In this document: piece after piece, positions 29,179 through 38,726 of the stretch
Layout: each line of letters starts with the position of its first letter
Numbering within the stretch: the stretch's first letter is position 1
Source of the DNA: Fidelibacterota bacterium
Lineage (GTDB): Bacteria > Fidelibacterota > Fidelibacteria > Fidelibacterales > DSDE01
DNA: 52,793 bases
Direction: 5' to 3'
Assembly: GCA_046735395.1 (NCBI GenBank)
Contig: JBJKQR010000014.1
Location: forward strand, 1 to 52,793
Notes under the pieces: model-generated
Told to the model about the DNA's origin: nothing
Database searches by the model: none
What the model saw: only the letters and a program-made list of their open reading frames with translations
Position numbers and translations under genes: made by a program

Positions 29179-31950
29179 ATGAAGAATTTGTTCAAAGGAT
29201 TACTGGTTGTATGCCTGACCCTTAATCTTGGATTCGCTGCTGTCATGGTCGCACCCATGGGAGTATCTCCCCGCTTCTGCGCCGAGAAACCCAGTGATAT
29301 CTATGATTTGGCATACAATGGAATGCTGAACGTAGGAGTCGGCACGAAAATGTATTTTCTGGCCACTGGAGACGCTGTTTTCACCCCAACCTGGACCGTG
29401 ACCGGCCCTGCCGGGAGTGTGGCAGATGTGGTTGCGGATTCAACTCTCAATGATTCCGCATATGTTGTGTCATTCGTTTCGGATGTAGTCGGAACCTATA
29501 CGATTGATCTGAACGGAGAATCATCACTGACCGTCAATGCAGGAAAATTCCTGGGTGTGGAAGGCGGAGCCGTACCCTGTTCGATGTGCCATGCTGCCAA
29601 GTTCAATGATTGGAAAACCACCAATCACAGCAATGCACTGAATCGTGGACTGAACGGCGAAAAACATCTTCTCGGGACCTGCGTCAGCTGCCACTCCGTT
29701 GGGTATGATGTTACGGCCGTCAATGATGGATTCGATGATTTTGATTTTGCATGGCCGGATTCAGCGACCATCGCCGGGTACGGACATATTGACGGATTGC
29801 CGTTCATCGGCCTGGCCGATTCGGTTGCGAAAGCTTATCCGGATGCCATGGCCCGCGGAAATATCCAGTGTGAAGCCTGTCATGGACCCGGATCAGAACA
29901 TCAGGGCAATCTTGCCGACAATCGAATGGAAGCCAATATCGGCGTTGCGGTCTGCGCAACATGCCATAACAGCGGCCATCACTATTTCCCGGCACAGTGG
30001 GAACATTCCGGTGAGGATGCGACCGAGGCTGAAGGGACAGGATTTGAGGGCGGTCATGCCAGAGGATCCTATGTGATTTCTGCCGGAACCCGCAGCGGCT
30101 GTTCACCCTGCCACAGCGGCGCCGGTTATATTGAATGGGTAAAGGAAGGCCGGCCGGTTGACGGAGACGGACTCCCTGCAGCCACGACTGTTCTCCCCGA
30201 AGCCACGAATATCACCTGTGCGGTCTGCCATGATCCTCACAACATGGCCAATGATTATCAGCTGAGGTTCGTGAATACACAGCTTGGTGACGGCACTCCC
30301 ATTACCATGGAGAAATATGGCGCCGGTGCCCAGTGTATGGACTGTCACAGAAGCCGCCGCAATGCTGCCACCTATTCCGTGGATCCAAACGGTATCAGCT
30401 CGCATTATGGTGCGCACCACGGTCCGCAGGCTGATATGCTCATCGGAACAAATGCACCTGTTTATCAGGGTTTTAAGTTCCCCACCTCTCCTCATGCGCT
30501 CCAGGGAAATGCCTGCGTCGATTGTCATATGTACAACCATGAAGGCGAAGCAGACCTGACTGAAGAACATGAATTTGCAGTGGGTGGCCATTCCTTCAAT
30601 ATGAATGATGCAGAAGGCAATGACCATGTAGAAGCCTGTGCACGCTGCCACGGTGATGTGGGCACAAGCTTCGGTGAGAAGAAATTCTACTTCAACGGCA
30701 TTGCCGATCATGACGGTGACGGCGTGGATGAAGGACTGCAGGAAGAAGTCAAGGGACTTTTGGAAGAACTGAGGCCGATGCTCTATGATACTTCCGGCGC
30801 TTTGCTCTTTGACAAAACGAATGCCACACCTGCCCAGGGAAAAGCTCTTTACAGTTACGTCTGGGTCGAGGAAGACCGCAGTTTCGGTATTCACAATCCG
30901 GCTTTTACCGTTGCGTTGCTGAAGACTGCGATCCAGTCTCTGACCTATCCGGGTATCACCGCCGGCCAGATGGTTGCGGTGAAGGATATTCCCGGCGATC
31001 AGGGCTTCCAGGTCCGCGTCGTCTGGACACGCTTCGGTGCGGATGATACTCAGGCCTGGGATCGCGTGAACATGTACACGGTTCTGCGCGAAGTTCCTGA
31101 AGTACCGGCTAAATCCACTGTAACAACCTATGACAAGATCGAAAATGTTCCCACCACGATCGGTGTGGGTGAACAGTTCGGTCTGGGCGGAGCCCTCTGG
31201 GATGTGGTCGCGCTGGTACCGGCTGTTGAATACATCGAATATGCGGCGGTGGTTCCCACTCTGCATAATACGGTCGAAGGCGACACCGCCTGGGCTGTTT
31301 TCAAGGTTCTCGGCCAGACGGAAGATGGAATGGTTGCTGAAACAGTTCCCATGCCGGGCTTCTCCACGGATGACGTGGCGCCTGCAGTTCCCGCCGGTCT
31401 GGATGGTCTCGTGCTGACGAAACAGTTCAAACTGACCTGGGATATGCCGGTCGATAAGGACTTCGGATATTTCGCGGTATATCGTTCACTCGATAAGAAC
31501 TTCAACCCTGCGGGTACAACTCCGTATGCGACAACGGTTGATCCGGAATATCTCGATGTTGCCATCGAAAATAACACGCATTATTTCTACAAGATCTCCG
31601 CTGTGGATGTAAACCGGAACGAGAGCGCATTTACGGATCCGCTCGACATGGTTTATACTGTCGTCAGCGTGACTGAAGAGATTCCGACGGTTTATGCCCT
31701 CAGACAGAATCATCCGAACCCCTTCAACCCGGTTACCAGTATCACCTTCCAGCTTCCGGAGAAGAGTTTTGTGAATATCACTGTCTATAACAGCCTGGGA
31801 ATGGTTGTTGACAGACTGGTGAATACCGAACTGTCTGCCGGTTCCTATTCCTATACCTGGAATGGCAAAGGCATGGCTTCCGGTATTTATTACTATCGCA
31901 TGACAAGCCGGAACTTCACAGAAACGAAGAAGATGCTGCTTCTGAAATAA
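29179..31950 (+). CDS. Secreted nonaheme c-type cytochrome with an Ig-like N-domain, FN3-like domain and T9SS-like C-terminal sorting domain
   Basis: Signal peptide and nine CxxCH motifs (CSMCH, CVSCH, CEACH, CATCH, CSPCH, CAVCH, CMDCH, CVDCH, CARCH) between 29578 and 30651. Then DDVAPAVP...LTWD...YFAVYRS...YFYKISAVD..NES (FN3-like) and QNHPNPFNP...MASGIYYY...KKMLLLK. Confidence 0.9.
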   Translation: MKNLFKGLLVVCLTLNLGFAAVMVAPMGVSPRFCAEKPSDIYDLAYNGMLNVGVGTKMYFLATGDAVFTPTWTVTGPAGSVADVVADSTLNDSAYVVSFVSDVVGTYTIDLNGESSLTVNAGKFLGVEGGAVPCSMCHAAKFNDWKTTNHSNALNRGLNGEKHLLGTCVSCHSVGYDVTAVNDGFDDFDFAWPDSATIAGYGHIDGLPFIGLADSVAKAYPDAMARGNIQCEACHGPGSEHQGNLADNRMEANIGVAVCATCHNSGHHYFPAQWEHSGEDATEAEGTGFEGGHARGSYVISAGTRSGCSPCHSGAGYIEWVKEGRPVDGDGLPAATTVLPEATNITCAVCHDPHNMANDYQLRFVNTQLGDGTPITMEKYGAGAQCMDCHRSRRNAATYSVDPNGISSHYGAHHGPQADMLIGTNAPVYQGFKFPTSPHALQGNACVDCHMYNHEGEADLTEEHEFAVGGHSFNMNDAEGNDHVEACARCHGDVGTSFGEKKFYFNGIADHDGDGVDEGLQEEVKGLLEELRPMLYDTSGALLFDKTNATPAQGKALYSYVWVEEDRSFGIHNPAFTVALLKTAIQSLTYPGITAGQMVAVKDIPGDQGFQVRVVWTRFGADDTQAWDRVNMYTVLREVPEVPAKSTVTTYDKIENVPTTIGVGEQFGLGGALWDVVALVPAVEYIEYAAVVPTLHNTVEGDTAWAVFKVLGQTEDGMVAETVPMPGFSTDDVAPAVPAGLDGLVLTKQFKLTWDMPVDKDFGYFAVYRSLDKNFNPAGTTPYATTVDPEYLDVAIENNTHYFYKISAVDVNRNESAFTDPLDMVYTVVSVTEEIPTVYALRQNHPNPFNPVTSITFQLPEKSFVNITVYNSLGMVVDRLVNTELSAGSYSYTWNGKGMASGIYYYRMTSRNFTETKKMLLLK

Positions 31951-31970
31951 GAAGTACCCTTCATTTGGTT

Positions 31971-32004
31971 AAAAAGGATGTGCCTTCGGGCGCATCCTTT
32001 TTTT
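31971..32004 (+). terminator. Rho-independent terminator after the cytochrome gene
   Basis: AAAAAGGATGTGCC-TTCG-GGCGCATCCTTTTTTT: a long stem with a UUCG loop and a U-tract. Confidence 0.9.
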
Positions 32005-32171
32005 ATTGTAATGAATATTCCCGGAACACCGGCTCCCTATCCCGGAATTACCGTGAATTCCTGCAGAATTCAGTTAAAAAGTCCATCCCTTTACTACTGA
32101 AAACATGTATATTTAAAGTGAAGGAATTAGACGGAACGGACGCGTAATATGTGTAGTTCGGAGGCAAAATC

Positions 32172-34562
32172 ATGATTAAAAACATGTTTAGGCTGAATCA
32201 GCTTCCCGTGATGAAAAAAGTCCCCCTCTTTCTTCTGGTCGCGCTGTCGCTCATGCTGGTCTTTATTGTTTATTTTCTGAATCAGACCCTGACCCGTAAT
32301 GCCTATGAAGATAAATCCGCAAATCTGAAGCAAATGTCAGAACTGGTGATAAAAAGTATCGAATATCCCATGCTGCAGGGAGAAATGGAGATGGCAAATT
32401 CCATCCTGGCCAATATGGCTGAGGAGGAGGCGGTCACAGCGGTTCATCTCCTCGATAAGGACCGGCATGTTTACTACAGTTCGGATTCGACCCTTCAGGG
32501 AATGGATTTTACGGATATTTACAGCAGGAAAATTATTGACGGCGGCAAGGTTGCCATCGATGCCAGCAAATTTATGACCGGATCCTTTACCTATCTGCAG
32601 GCCATTGATCTGAAAAAGGACTGTCTGGATTGTCATGATGGGTCCGAGGGAGATCTGGTCGGAATCATGGTGACAAGCATTACGACTCAGGATTATATAG
32701 ACCGCCAGGCTTATTTTAAAAAATTCTATGTCGGGCTGGCTTTGTTTTTTCTCATCGTTTCTGTCGGCCTGGGCCTTATTCTGGCGCTGAATATCCGTTC
32801 CGATGTAAAACGGATTATTTCCACAATGCGCCAGTTGGTACGTCATATCCTGGCCGGTTCACTGAAAGTTCGCGGGAATCCGGAGGATACGAATACGGAT
32901 TACAGGCCTCTCATCCGGGAACTGAATACGGTACTGGATTCGCTGGTGGGATATATTGACAAAGTTCCTGTTCCTCTGTTTGTTGTGGATCGGGATTATC
33001 ATCTCGTTTACAGCAACGAAGCGGCGAACGGGCTTTTTCCCGGGGCGCAGAGTGAAACCCCGGCCTGTCATGATGTCCTCAGATCAAAACTCTGCGGAAC
33101 GGCAAATTGTGTGTGCAGCCTGGCCATGAAACAGAAGCAGGTTGTGGCGGAGGAAAGCACTGCTGTGCCGGGTAACGAGACCCTCTTCGTTCATCAACAG
33201 GGTATTCCGCTGTTTGATGAAGACGGCGAGGTCATAGGCGCTCTGGAAACCGTAACCGACCAGACGGCTGTTCAGACGGCACTCGGACGTATACGCAAAC
33301 AGTCTGAATTCCAGAATAAGGAAGTCGACAAGTTGCTGGCCAACCTCGGCGCACTCGCTGAGGGCAATCTCGCCATCTCGACGGATGTGGAAGCCGCCGA
33401 TGCCGATACGCAGGATGTGGCGGATAATTTTATTCGCATCAATGAGGGATTATCAGCCATTGTGGAAAATCTGAATAGTGTCAGCGCCCAGTTTGATGAA
33501 TTATCCAGGCAGAATGAAGCGGGAGCCATCGAATACCGCGGAGAGACGGATCGGGTACGGGGCCGTTACCGTGAAATGATTGATATTGTCAATACGATTC
33601 TGGACCTTATTTTTAATCCGGTTCAGGAAGTGTCCAATGTACTGAAGGATGTGGCCCGGAAGGATCTGAGCGTACGGGTTCGCGGGAATTATGCGGGCGA
33701 CTGGAATGATTTTAAAAATTATGCAAATACGGCAATCGAAAACCTGGATGATGCCCTGAGCAAGGTGGCCGCCGGTGTGGAGCAGGTGAATTCTGCCTCG
33801 GACCAGATTTCAAGAGGATCGCAAAGTCTCGCGGAAGGCGCGAATCATCAGGCTTCCTCACTTGAGGAAGTATCCTCATCACTTGAGGAAATGGCATCCA
33901 TGACAGCGTCCAACGCGGAGAAGGCCCACGAAGCCGAAAAAGTAAGTTCCGAGACCAGCCGCTACGCTGCAGACGCTGATCAGCACACCGGCAGAATGAA
34001 GACGGCCATTGACCGGATAAAGGAAAGTTCGGACAAGAGCGCGAATATTATCAAAACCATTGATGAAATTGCATTTCAGACAAATCTGCTTGCCCTGAAT
34101 GCGGCGGTGGAAGCCGCCCGTGCAGGGGATGCGGGAAAGGGTTTTGCTGTGGTGGCCGAAGAAGTGCGCAGCCTGGCACAGCGTTCCGCCGAAGCGGCAA
34201 AGAATACGGCAGAGATGATTGGTGAATCCGTACAGAATTCCGCTGAGGGAGTGAAGATTACGGATGAAGTTTCTGAAATGCTTAATAAAATCACCCAGGG
34301 TACGGCAAAGGTTCTGCAGCTGGTCAGCGACATCGCCGGCGCCTCCAGAGAACAGTCTCAGGGAATTGAACAGATAAATCTGGCCGTCACCCAGATGAAT
34401 CAGCTCACACAGGAAAATGCCGCCAACAGTGAGGAATCGGCATCGGCCAGCGAACAGCTCTATTCTCAGGCTACCGAACTGAAGACAATGGTGGACGGAT
34501 TTTCACTGTCCGGGAATGCCACGCGGCAGCCGCAGCCGTTGCCGGCCGGCAAGTCAAAGTGA
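32172..34562 (+). CDS. Methyl-accepting chemotaxis protein with a periplasmic CxxCH sensor, a PAS domain and HAMP domains
   Basis: Two TM helices flank a domain containing CLDCH. A PAS-like region follows, then the MCP signature [41 protein letters not shown]. Confidence 0.93.
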   Translation: MIKNMFRLNQLPVMKKVPLFLLVALSLMLVFIVYFLNQTLTRNAYEDKSANLKQMSELVIKSIEYPMLQGEMEMANSILANMAEEEAVTAVHLLDKDRHVYYSSDSTLQGMDFTDIYSRKIIDGGKVAIDASKFMTGSFTYLQAIDLKKDCLDCHDGSEGDLVGIMVTSITTQDYIDRQAYFKKFYVGLALFFLIVSVGLGLILALNIRSDVKRIISTMRQLVRHILAGSLKVRGNPEDTNTDYRPLIRELNTVLDSLVGYIDKVPVPLFVVDRDYHLVYSNEAANGLFPGAQSETPACHDVLRSKLCGTANCVCSLAMKQKQVVAEESTAVPGNETLFVHQQGIPLFDEDGEVIGALETVTDQTAVQTALGRIRKQSEFQNKEVDKLLANLGALAEGNLAISTDVEAADADTQDVADNFIRINEGLSAIVENLNSVSAQFDELSRQNEAGAIEYRGETDRVRGRYREMIDIVNTILDLIFNPVQEVSNVLKDVARKDLSVRVRGNYAGDWNDFKNYANTAIENLDDALSKVAAGVEQVNSASDQISRGSQSLAEGANHQASSLEEVSSSLEEMASMTASNAEKAHEAEKVSSETSRYAADADQHTGRMKTAIDRIKESSDKSANIIKTIDEIAFQTNLLALNAAVEAARAGDAGKGFAVVAEEVRSLAQRSAEAAKNTAEMIGESVQNSAEGVKITDEVSEMLNKITQGTAKVLQLVSDIAGASREQSQGIEQINLAVTQMNQLTQENAANSEESASASEQLYSQATELKTMVDGFSLSGNATRQPQPLPAGKSK

Positions 34563-34597
34563 GCCAATTTGACCGGATTAACCCCTTATTCGTTGAA

Positions 34598-34627
34598 ATT
34601 TACCGATGGAATAACAGCATTTACCGA
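34598..34627 (+). promoter_or_regulatory. Putative LytTR-regulator binding site (9-bp direct repeat, 12-bp spacer)
   Basis: ATTTACCGA occurs at 34598-34606 and 34619-34627, upstream of the cassette that ends in a LytTR regulator. Confidence 0.6.
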
Positions 34628-34689
34628 AAGCAGGTCGCCTTTAGCTCGCGATTTTGCGAACTTCTCTCTGAAAAGGAAAAGGATTTGAT

Positions 34690-35388
34690 ATGACACGAGA
34701 ACGACATAGCGGAAAAGCGATTGCAGGCCTCATCCTGGTGGCCATCGGAGCGATTCTGATGCTCCAGAATCTGGGAATATTCTTTTTTCATCTGCCGTCC
34801 TTCATCTTCGGCTGGCCGGGCATTCTCCTCATCATCGGGATAATTCTGCTTCAGAATGACCGGCATCGGAAAACGGGGATTATCCTCATCTTCATTGCTG
34901 CATTCGGCATCGTCCCGAATTTCTGGCCGCTTCTGATTATCGGGGCCGGATTGTATATCATGATGGACGGAGATTTGAACAAACGTTTTTTCGGGCATAA
35001 AACAGCAGATAATTCCGATGAAGATCCTGGGTCTGAAAATGAAATTCTGAATGATATCAGTATTTTCGGCGGCGGCAAGAAGTACTTCGAAACAAAATCC
35101 TTCAAGGGCGGACGTATCACAGCCATCTTCGGCGGATCCGAGATCAATCTCATGGACTGCCAGCTGGCAGAAGGGGATCATTATCTGGAGGTTCTGGCTC
35201 TCTTCGGAGGCTTCAATCTCATGCTCCCTCCGGATTGGGATGTGAAAATCGACGTCATTCCAGTTTTCGGCGGAATTTCTGATAAACGACGCCGGCCCAT
35301 GGCATCGGATATGATCGGTGACGGAACGGTCAGACGGCTGCATATCCGCGGTCTGGTGATCTTCGGCGGCGGTGAGATCAGAAACTGA
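34690..35388 (+). CDS. LiaF-like membrane protein (TM N-domain plus DUF2154-like C-domain)
   Basis: GLILVAIG...WPGILLIIG...FWPLLIIGAG, followed by SIFGG/AIFGG/ALFGG/PVFGG/VIFGG repeats. Confidence 0.85.
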   Translation: MTRERHSGKAIAGLILVAIGAILMLQNLGIFFFHLPSFIFGWPGILLIIGIILLQNDRHRKTGIILIFIAAFGIVPNFWPLLIIGAGLYIMMDGDLNKRFFGHKTADNSDEDPGSENEILNDISIFGGGKKYFETKSFKGGRITAIFGGSEINLMDCQLAEGDHYLEVLALFGGFNLMLPPDWDVKIDVIPVFGGISDKRRRPMASDMIGDGTVRRLHIRGLVIFGGGEIRN

Positions 35389-35407
35389 ATTTTATAAAAC
35401 AGGATTC

Positions 35408-36118
35408 ATGATGAGAAAATTCGGCGGCTTTTTTATTCTGATTATAGGAGTTATCCTTTTCCTTCATACGCTGGATATTCTTACAATTCCGATTTATGAA
35501 AATCTCATATCCTGGCAATCTCTGATTCTGATCATTTCACTGCTTGTCCTGCTGCAAGATCCTTGTGATATCGGTTCCTGGATTTTTGTCTATATCTCAG
35601 CGCTCTTCAATCTGCCCATGTATACGCGCTTCACCTTTCACGAATTCTTTCACATGACCTTTGCTCCGCTGCTCATCTGGATCGGACTGCTGACCATCCT
35701 GAAATCACGGCTGCAGGGCTGCGGACACCGTTTCAATAAAGGTCTGGTGGAAGTTCAGCCTGAAGATGCAGAGGATTCCATTCACATATTCGAAAAATTA
35801 AACTGGATCATGAATTCAATTCCGGAGCACTTCCGTCTGAGCATGGTCTTTTCCGGATTCAGAATACAATTTAACCTTAATGAGTCTGCAGAGGTGAGAG
35901 CCGCATCAGATACATCCTGTCATATCCGCCTGCTGGTACTTTTCAGCACCTGTACACTGCAATTTCCTGAGGCTGCACGGGTCCGCTGTGATGGTCTCAA
36001 TCTTTTCGGCGGAGTCGAGGACAGACGTCCCGGCCGGCTCAGTAAAATCGTTGAGTCTCCCTTCTGTGATATTCATATCGAAGCCATCAATATCTTCGGA
36101 AAAATTCAACTGATGTAA
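35408..36118 (+). CDS. Divergent LiaF-like membrane protein
   Basis: Same architecture as the upstream gene (TM helices, then VFSG, VLFS, NLFGGVEDRR, NIFG). Start reassigned to ATG 35408. Confidence 0.65.
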   Translation: MMRKFGGFFILIIGVILFLHTLDILTIPIYENLISWQSLILIISLLVLLQDPCDIGSWIFVYISALFNLPMYTRFTFHEFFHMTFAPLLIWIGLLTILKSRLQGCGHRFNKGLVEVQPEDAEDSIHIFEKLNWIMNSIPEHFRLSMVFSGFRIQFNLNESAEVRAASDTSCHIRLLVLFSTCTLQFPEAARVRCDGLNLFGGVEDRRPGRLSKIVESPFCDIHIEAINIFGKIQLM

Positions 36119-36123
36119 AATAT

Positions 36124-37194
36124 ATGGGCGATCTTCATCCTGTTTTCAAATCCCGGTATTCCTTCCTGATTTTTCTCCTGATCTGGATATTCATCTTCAT
36201 CCAGCAGTCCGTCATCATGTTTTTTCTTCTGGATGCGCCCCATACCTCAATACTTATTGACTGCCTCAGCTTTTCCGTACCGGCCATGCTGTTTTCGCTG
36301 GCCTTGTGGTATCCCAGTCTCTATATGAATTTTGAGGAAGGGTCCATACCGAAAATTCTGATGGGACATGCTGTCCTCGGCCTTCTGACCAGCGCGACGC
36401 TCACATCTCTGAACATCCTGTCCATTCAATGGATGCTGCCGGATTACTCGGAACTTGAATTTATCCGCAGCTCCATTACCTGGAGGTTCCTGACGGCCAT
36501 GATGTTTTACCTGATTATTGTGGCCTCCTATTATGTCTATATATATTACAGCCAGTACCGCAGCGCCTTGCTGGATGAATATAAATTAAAAACGCTTCTG
36601 CGTGAGAACGAGATTCGTGCTCTCCGTTTTCAGATTAATCCGCATTTTCTCTTCAACAGTCTGAACAGCATCGCGGCCCTGACCCTTGAAGACGGAGACC
36701 AGGCACGAAACATGCTCATCAAACTTTCCGATTTTTTCAGAAAAACCCTGAAGGAGGATCCGGACCAGAAACATCCGCTGGCAGAAGAGCTGGATATTCT
36801 GACTCGCTACCTGGAGATCGAAAAAATCCGTTTTGCAGACCGGCTCGAATTCAATTTCGACTCCTGTGAAGACTGCCTGACCGTGGAAGTGCCCACACTG
36901 ATATTACAGCCTCTGATCGAAAATGCCGTCAAACACGGTGTCTATGAAAATCCCGACATTACGAAAATACTGTTATATTGCGGTCTCAGAGAAGATTACA
37001 TCGAAATCCGTCTGACCAATAATTTCGATCCGAATGCCGGCCGGCCGCAGGGATCGGGTGTGGGCCTGAAAAATGTTCGAGACCGGCTTGACCTGTTTTA
37101 CGGCCGGAGGGCTTCGCTGTCCATTCACCGGGGCGAAGGACAGTTTGAGGCAATTCTGCTGCTCCCTGTATTGAAATCAAAGTCTGTATCCTGA
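36124..37194 (+). CDS. LytS/YehU-type sensor histidine kinase
   Basis: Four TM helices; motifs QINPHFLFNSLNSI, YLEIEKIRF.DRL, LQPLIENAVKHG and G.GVGLKNV..RL. Confidence 0.93.
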   Translation: MGDLHPVFKSRYSFLIFLLIWIFIFIQQSVIMFFLLDAPHTSILIDCLSFSVPAMLFSLALWYPSLYMNFEEGSIPKILMGHAVLGLLTSATLTSLNILSIQWMLPDYSELEFIRSSITWRFLTAMMFYLIIVASYYVYIYYSQYRSALLDEYKLKTLLRENEIRALRFQINPHFLFNSLNSIAALTLEDGDQARNMLIKLSDFFRKTLKEDPDQKHPLAEELDILTRYLEIEKIRFADRLEFNFDSCEDCLTVEVPTLILQPLIENAVKHGVYENPDITKILLYCGLREDYIEIRLTNNFDPNAGRPQGSGVGLKNVRDRLDLFYGRRASLSIHRGEGQFEAILLLPVLKSKSVS

Positions 37195-37212
37195 CAAGCG
37201 GAGGAAAAAGCT

Positions 37213-37968
37213 ATGACCAAAGGAAATTCGGATACAAAACAGCTTCAGGCTGTCATTGCCGATGATGAGGCGCTGGCCCGGAAACTGTTGCGGAACTATA
37301 TCGAAAAACACGGGGGCATGCAGATTATTGCCGAATATGATAACGGTGTGGATCTGCTCAAGGATATGCCCGGCCTGAAGGCAGATATCTTATTCCTCGA
37401 TATTCATATGCCGCGTATAGATGGCTTTGAAGTGCTGGAACTCATGGCGGCACCGCCTGCTGTGATCTTTACGACAGCTTATGATCAATATGCACTGAAA
37501 GCCTTTGATTTCAATGCGGCGGATTACCTGCTCAAGCCCTATTCCGAGGAACGGTTTGCCGAGGCTGTATCACGGGCTTTTCAGCGGATAAAAGGGCAGA
37601 CTCTGGAAAAGAAAGAACCCGCACGGAATTCGGATGATGACTACCTGAAGCGGGTCATTGTGCGGGATGGCGCTCAGATCCACTTCATTCCGCTTGATAA
37701 AATACAGTTTCTGGAGGCTCAGGACGATTATGTGCAGATCGTACATGCATCAGGGGCGCTGCTCAAGCAGGGAACTCTCAAATATTTTGAGGACCATCTT
37801 CCGCCTGAGGATTTTGTCCGCCTGCACCGAAGTTATATTGTCCGCATCCAGGAAATCCAGAAGCTGGAGATGATTTCACGGGAAAATTATCTGTGTATTC
37901 TCAAAAGCGGCAAACGCATTCCGGTCAGCAAATCCGGCATGGGGCGGCTTCGCGAAATTTATATTTAA
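37213..37968 (+). CDS. LytTR-family response regulator
   Basis: Receiver domain (ADDE, FLDIHMP, FTTAYDQYA, DYLLKP) plus LytTR domain (EAQDDYV, FVRLHRSYIV, IPVSK). Confidence 0.95.
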   Translation: MTKGNSDTKQLQAVIADDEALARKLLRNYIEKHGGMQIIAEYDNGVDLLKDMPGLKADILFLDIHMPRIDGFEVLELMAAPPAVIFTTAYDQYALKAFDFNAADYLLKPYSEERFAEAVSRAFQRIKGQTLEKKEPARNSDDDYLKRVIVRDGAQIHFIPLDKIQFLEAQDDYVQIVHASGALLKQGTLKYFEDHLPPEDFVRLHRSYIVRIQEIQKLEMISRENYLCILKSGKRIPVSKSGMGRLREIYI

Positions 37969-37994
37969 ATATCAGGCCGGCATTTTAAATTAAA

Positions 37995-38666
37995 TTATTC
38001 TGGGATTTTACAGGCATTTATCAGGCGAATATCTGCCATGAAGGCTCCGAAGGCCAGTGTGTCATTCCGTAGCCAGTTGTGCGGATCTGTGATTGCATTC
38101 CGGATCGCGGCCACCGATCCGTCTGTACAGATCATTTCATCATATTGATAATTATCCCCGGGGCCCAGCTCAAGGATCGTTCCAGCCTCAATGGATAAGG
38201 CTGCGGGAATGACAGATGTGACAGATGTGGGCTGGCCGTCTTCAAGCCAGATTTTCCCCTTCGCCACTCCGATTCCAAAGAGAAAATCAGGAGCCGGATC
38301 GCTTCCCTGATATACGAGAATGTTATCGCCGCTGGATGACGGATTATAATTACCCGTTCGGACAAATCCATTCTCTTCGAATCCGCTGTAATGAAGAACC
38401 GTCCCCGCCGCTACCGGTTTATCAGCCGAATAGACAATCTGTCCCTCACGGGTTGTAAATTTGCTGCCGTCCCAGGCTTTATCTGTGAAAATGATGCGCG
38501 TGCCCTTATCTATATCTCTGAGACAGAGGAAATCAAAGTTTTTCGGATCATCCGTATTGACGGTAAGCGGCAGAATATCTCCCGGGCTAAGGCGGGTCTG
38601 TCCCAACAGAGGAGAAAACGGAATCAGGTTATATATCAAAGCAAAATAAATTAGAGCATATTTCAT
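37995..38666 (-). CDS. Hypothetical secreted protein
   Basis: 223-aa ORF with an N-terminal signal and RBS-like GGGAGA upstream. LSPGDI...NFDF.CL.DI..GT.I.FTDKAW...SSSGDNILVYQG resembles a stand-alone extracellular beta-sandwich module. Function unknown. Confidence 0.65.
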   Translation of the reverse strand: MKYALIYFALIYNLIPFSPLLGQTRLSPGDILPLTVNTDDPKNFDFLCLRDIDKGTRIIFTDKAWDGSKFTTREGQIVYSADKPVAAGTVLHYSGFEENGFVRTGNYNPSSSGDNILVYQGSDPAPDFLFGIGVAKGKIWLEDGQPTSVTSVIPAALSIEAGTILELGPGDNYQYDEMICTDGSVAAIRNAITDPHNWLRNDTLAFGAFMADIRLINACKIPE

Positions 38667-38726
38667 CAGTATTCTCCCACTTTTTTGACATGTATCAGAG
38701 TAATAGAATTAGTATATTGACTTCCC

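Noticed and set aside
30103..31266. 387-aa antisense ORF, and similar long antisense ORFs at 1976-2839, 7310-8173, 15815-16717, 46881-47744 and 50319-51251
   Set aside because: They are shadows of well-supported genes on the opposite strand and contain no recognisable motifs.
29179..31950. Calling the cytochrome a canonical NrfA nitrite reductase or MtrC/OmcA
   Set aside because: It has nine CxxCH and no CxxCK, no nrfH or mtrAB neighbours, and no clear lipobox. Only a distant fold relationship can be suggested.
34621..35343. 240-aa minus-strand ORF, longer than the overlapping plus-strand gene
   Set aside because: The plus-strand ORF has clear LiaF-like features, an RBS and operon context; the minus-strand ORF has none.
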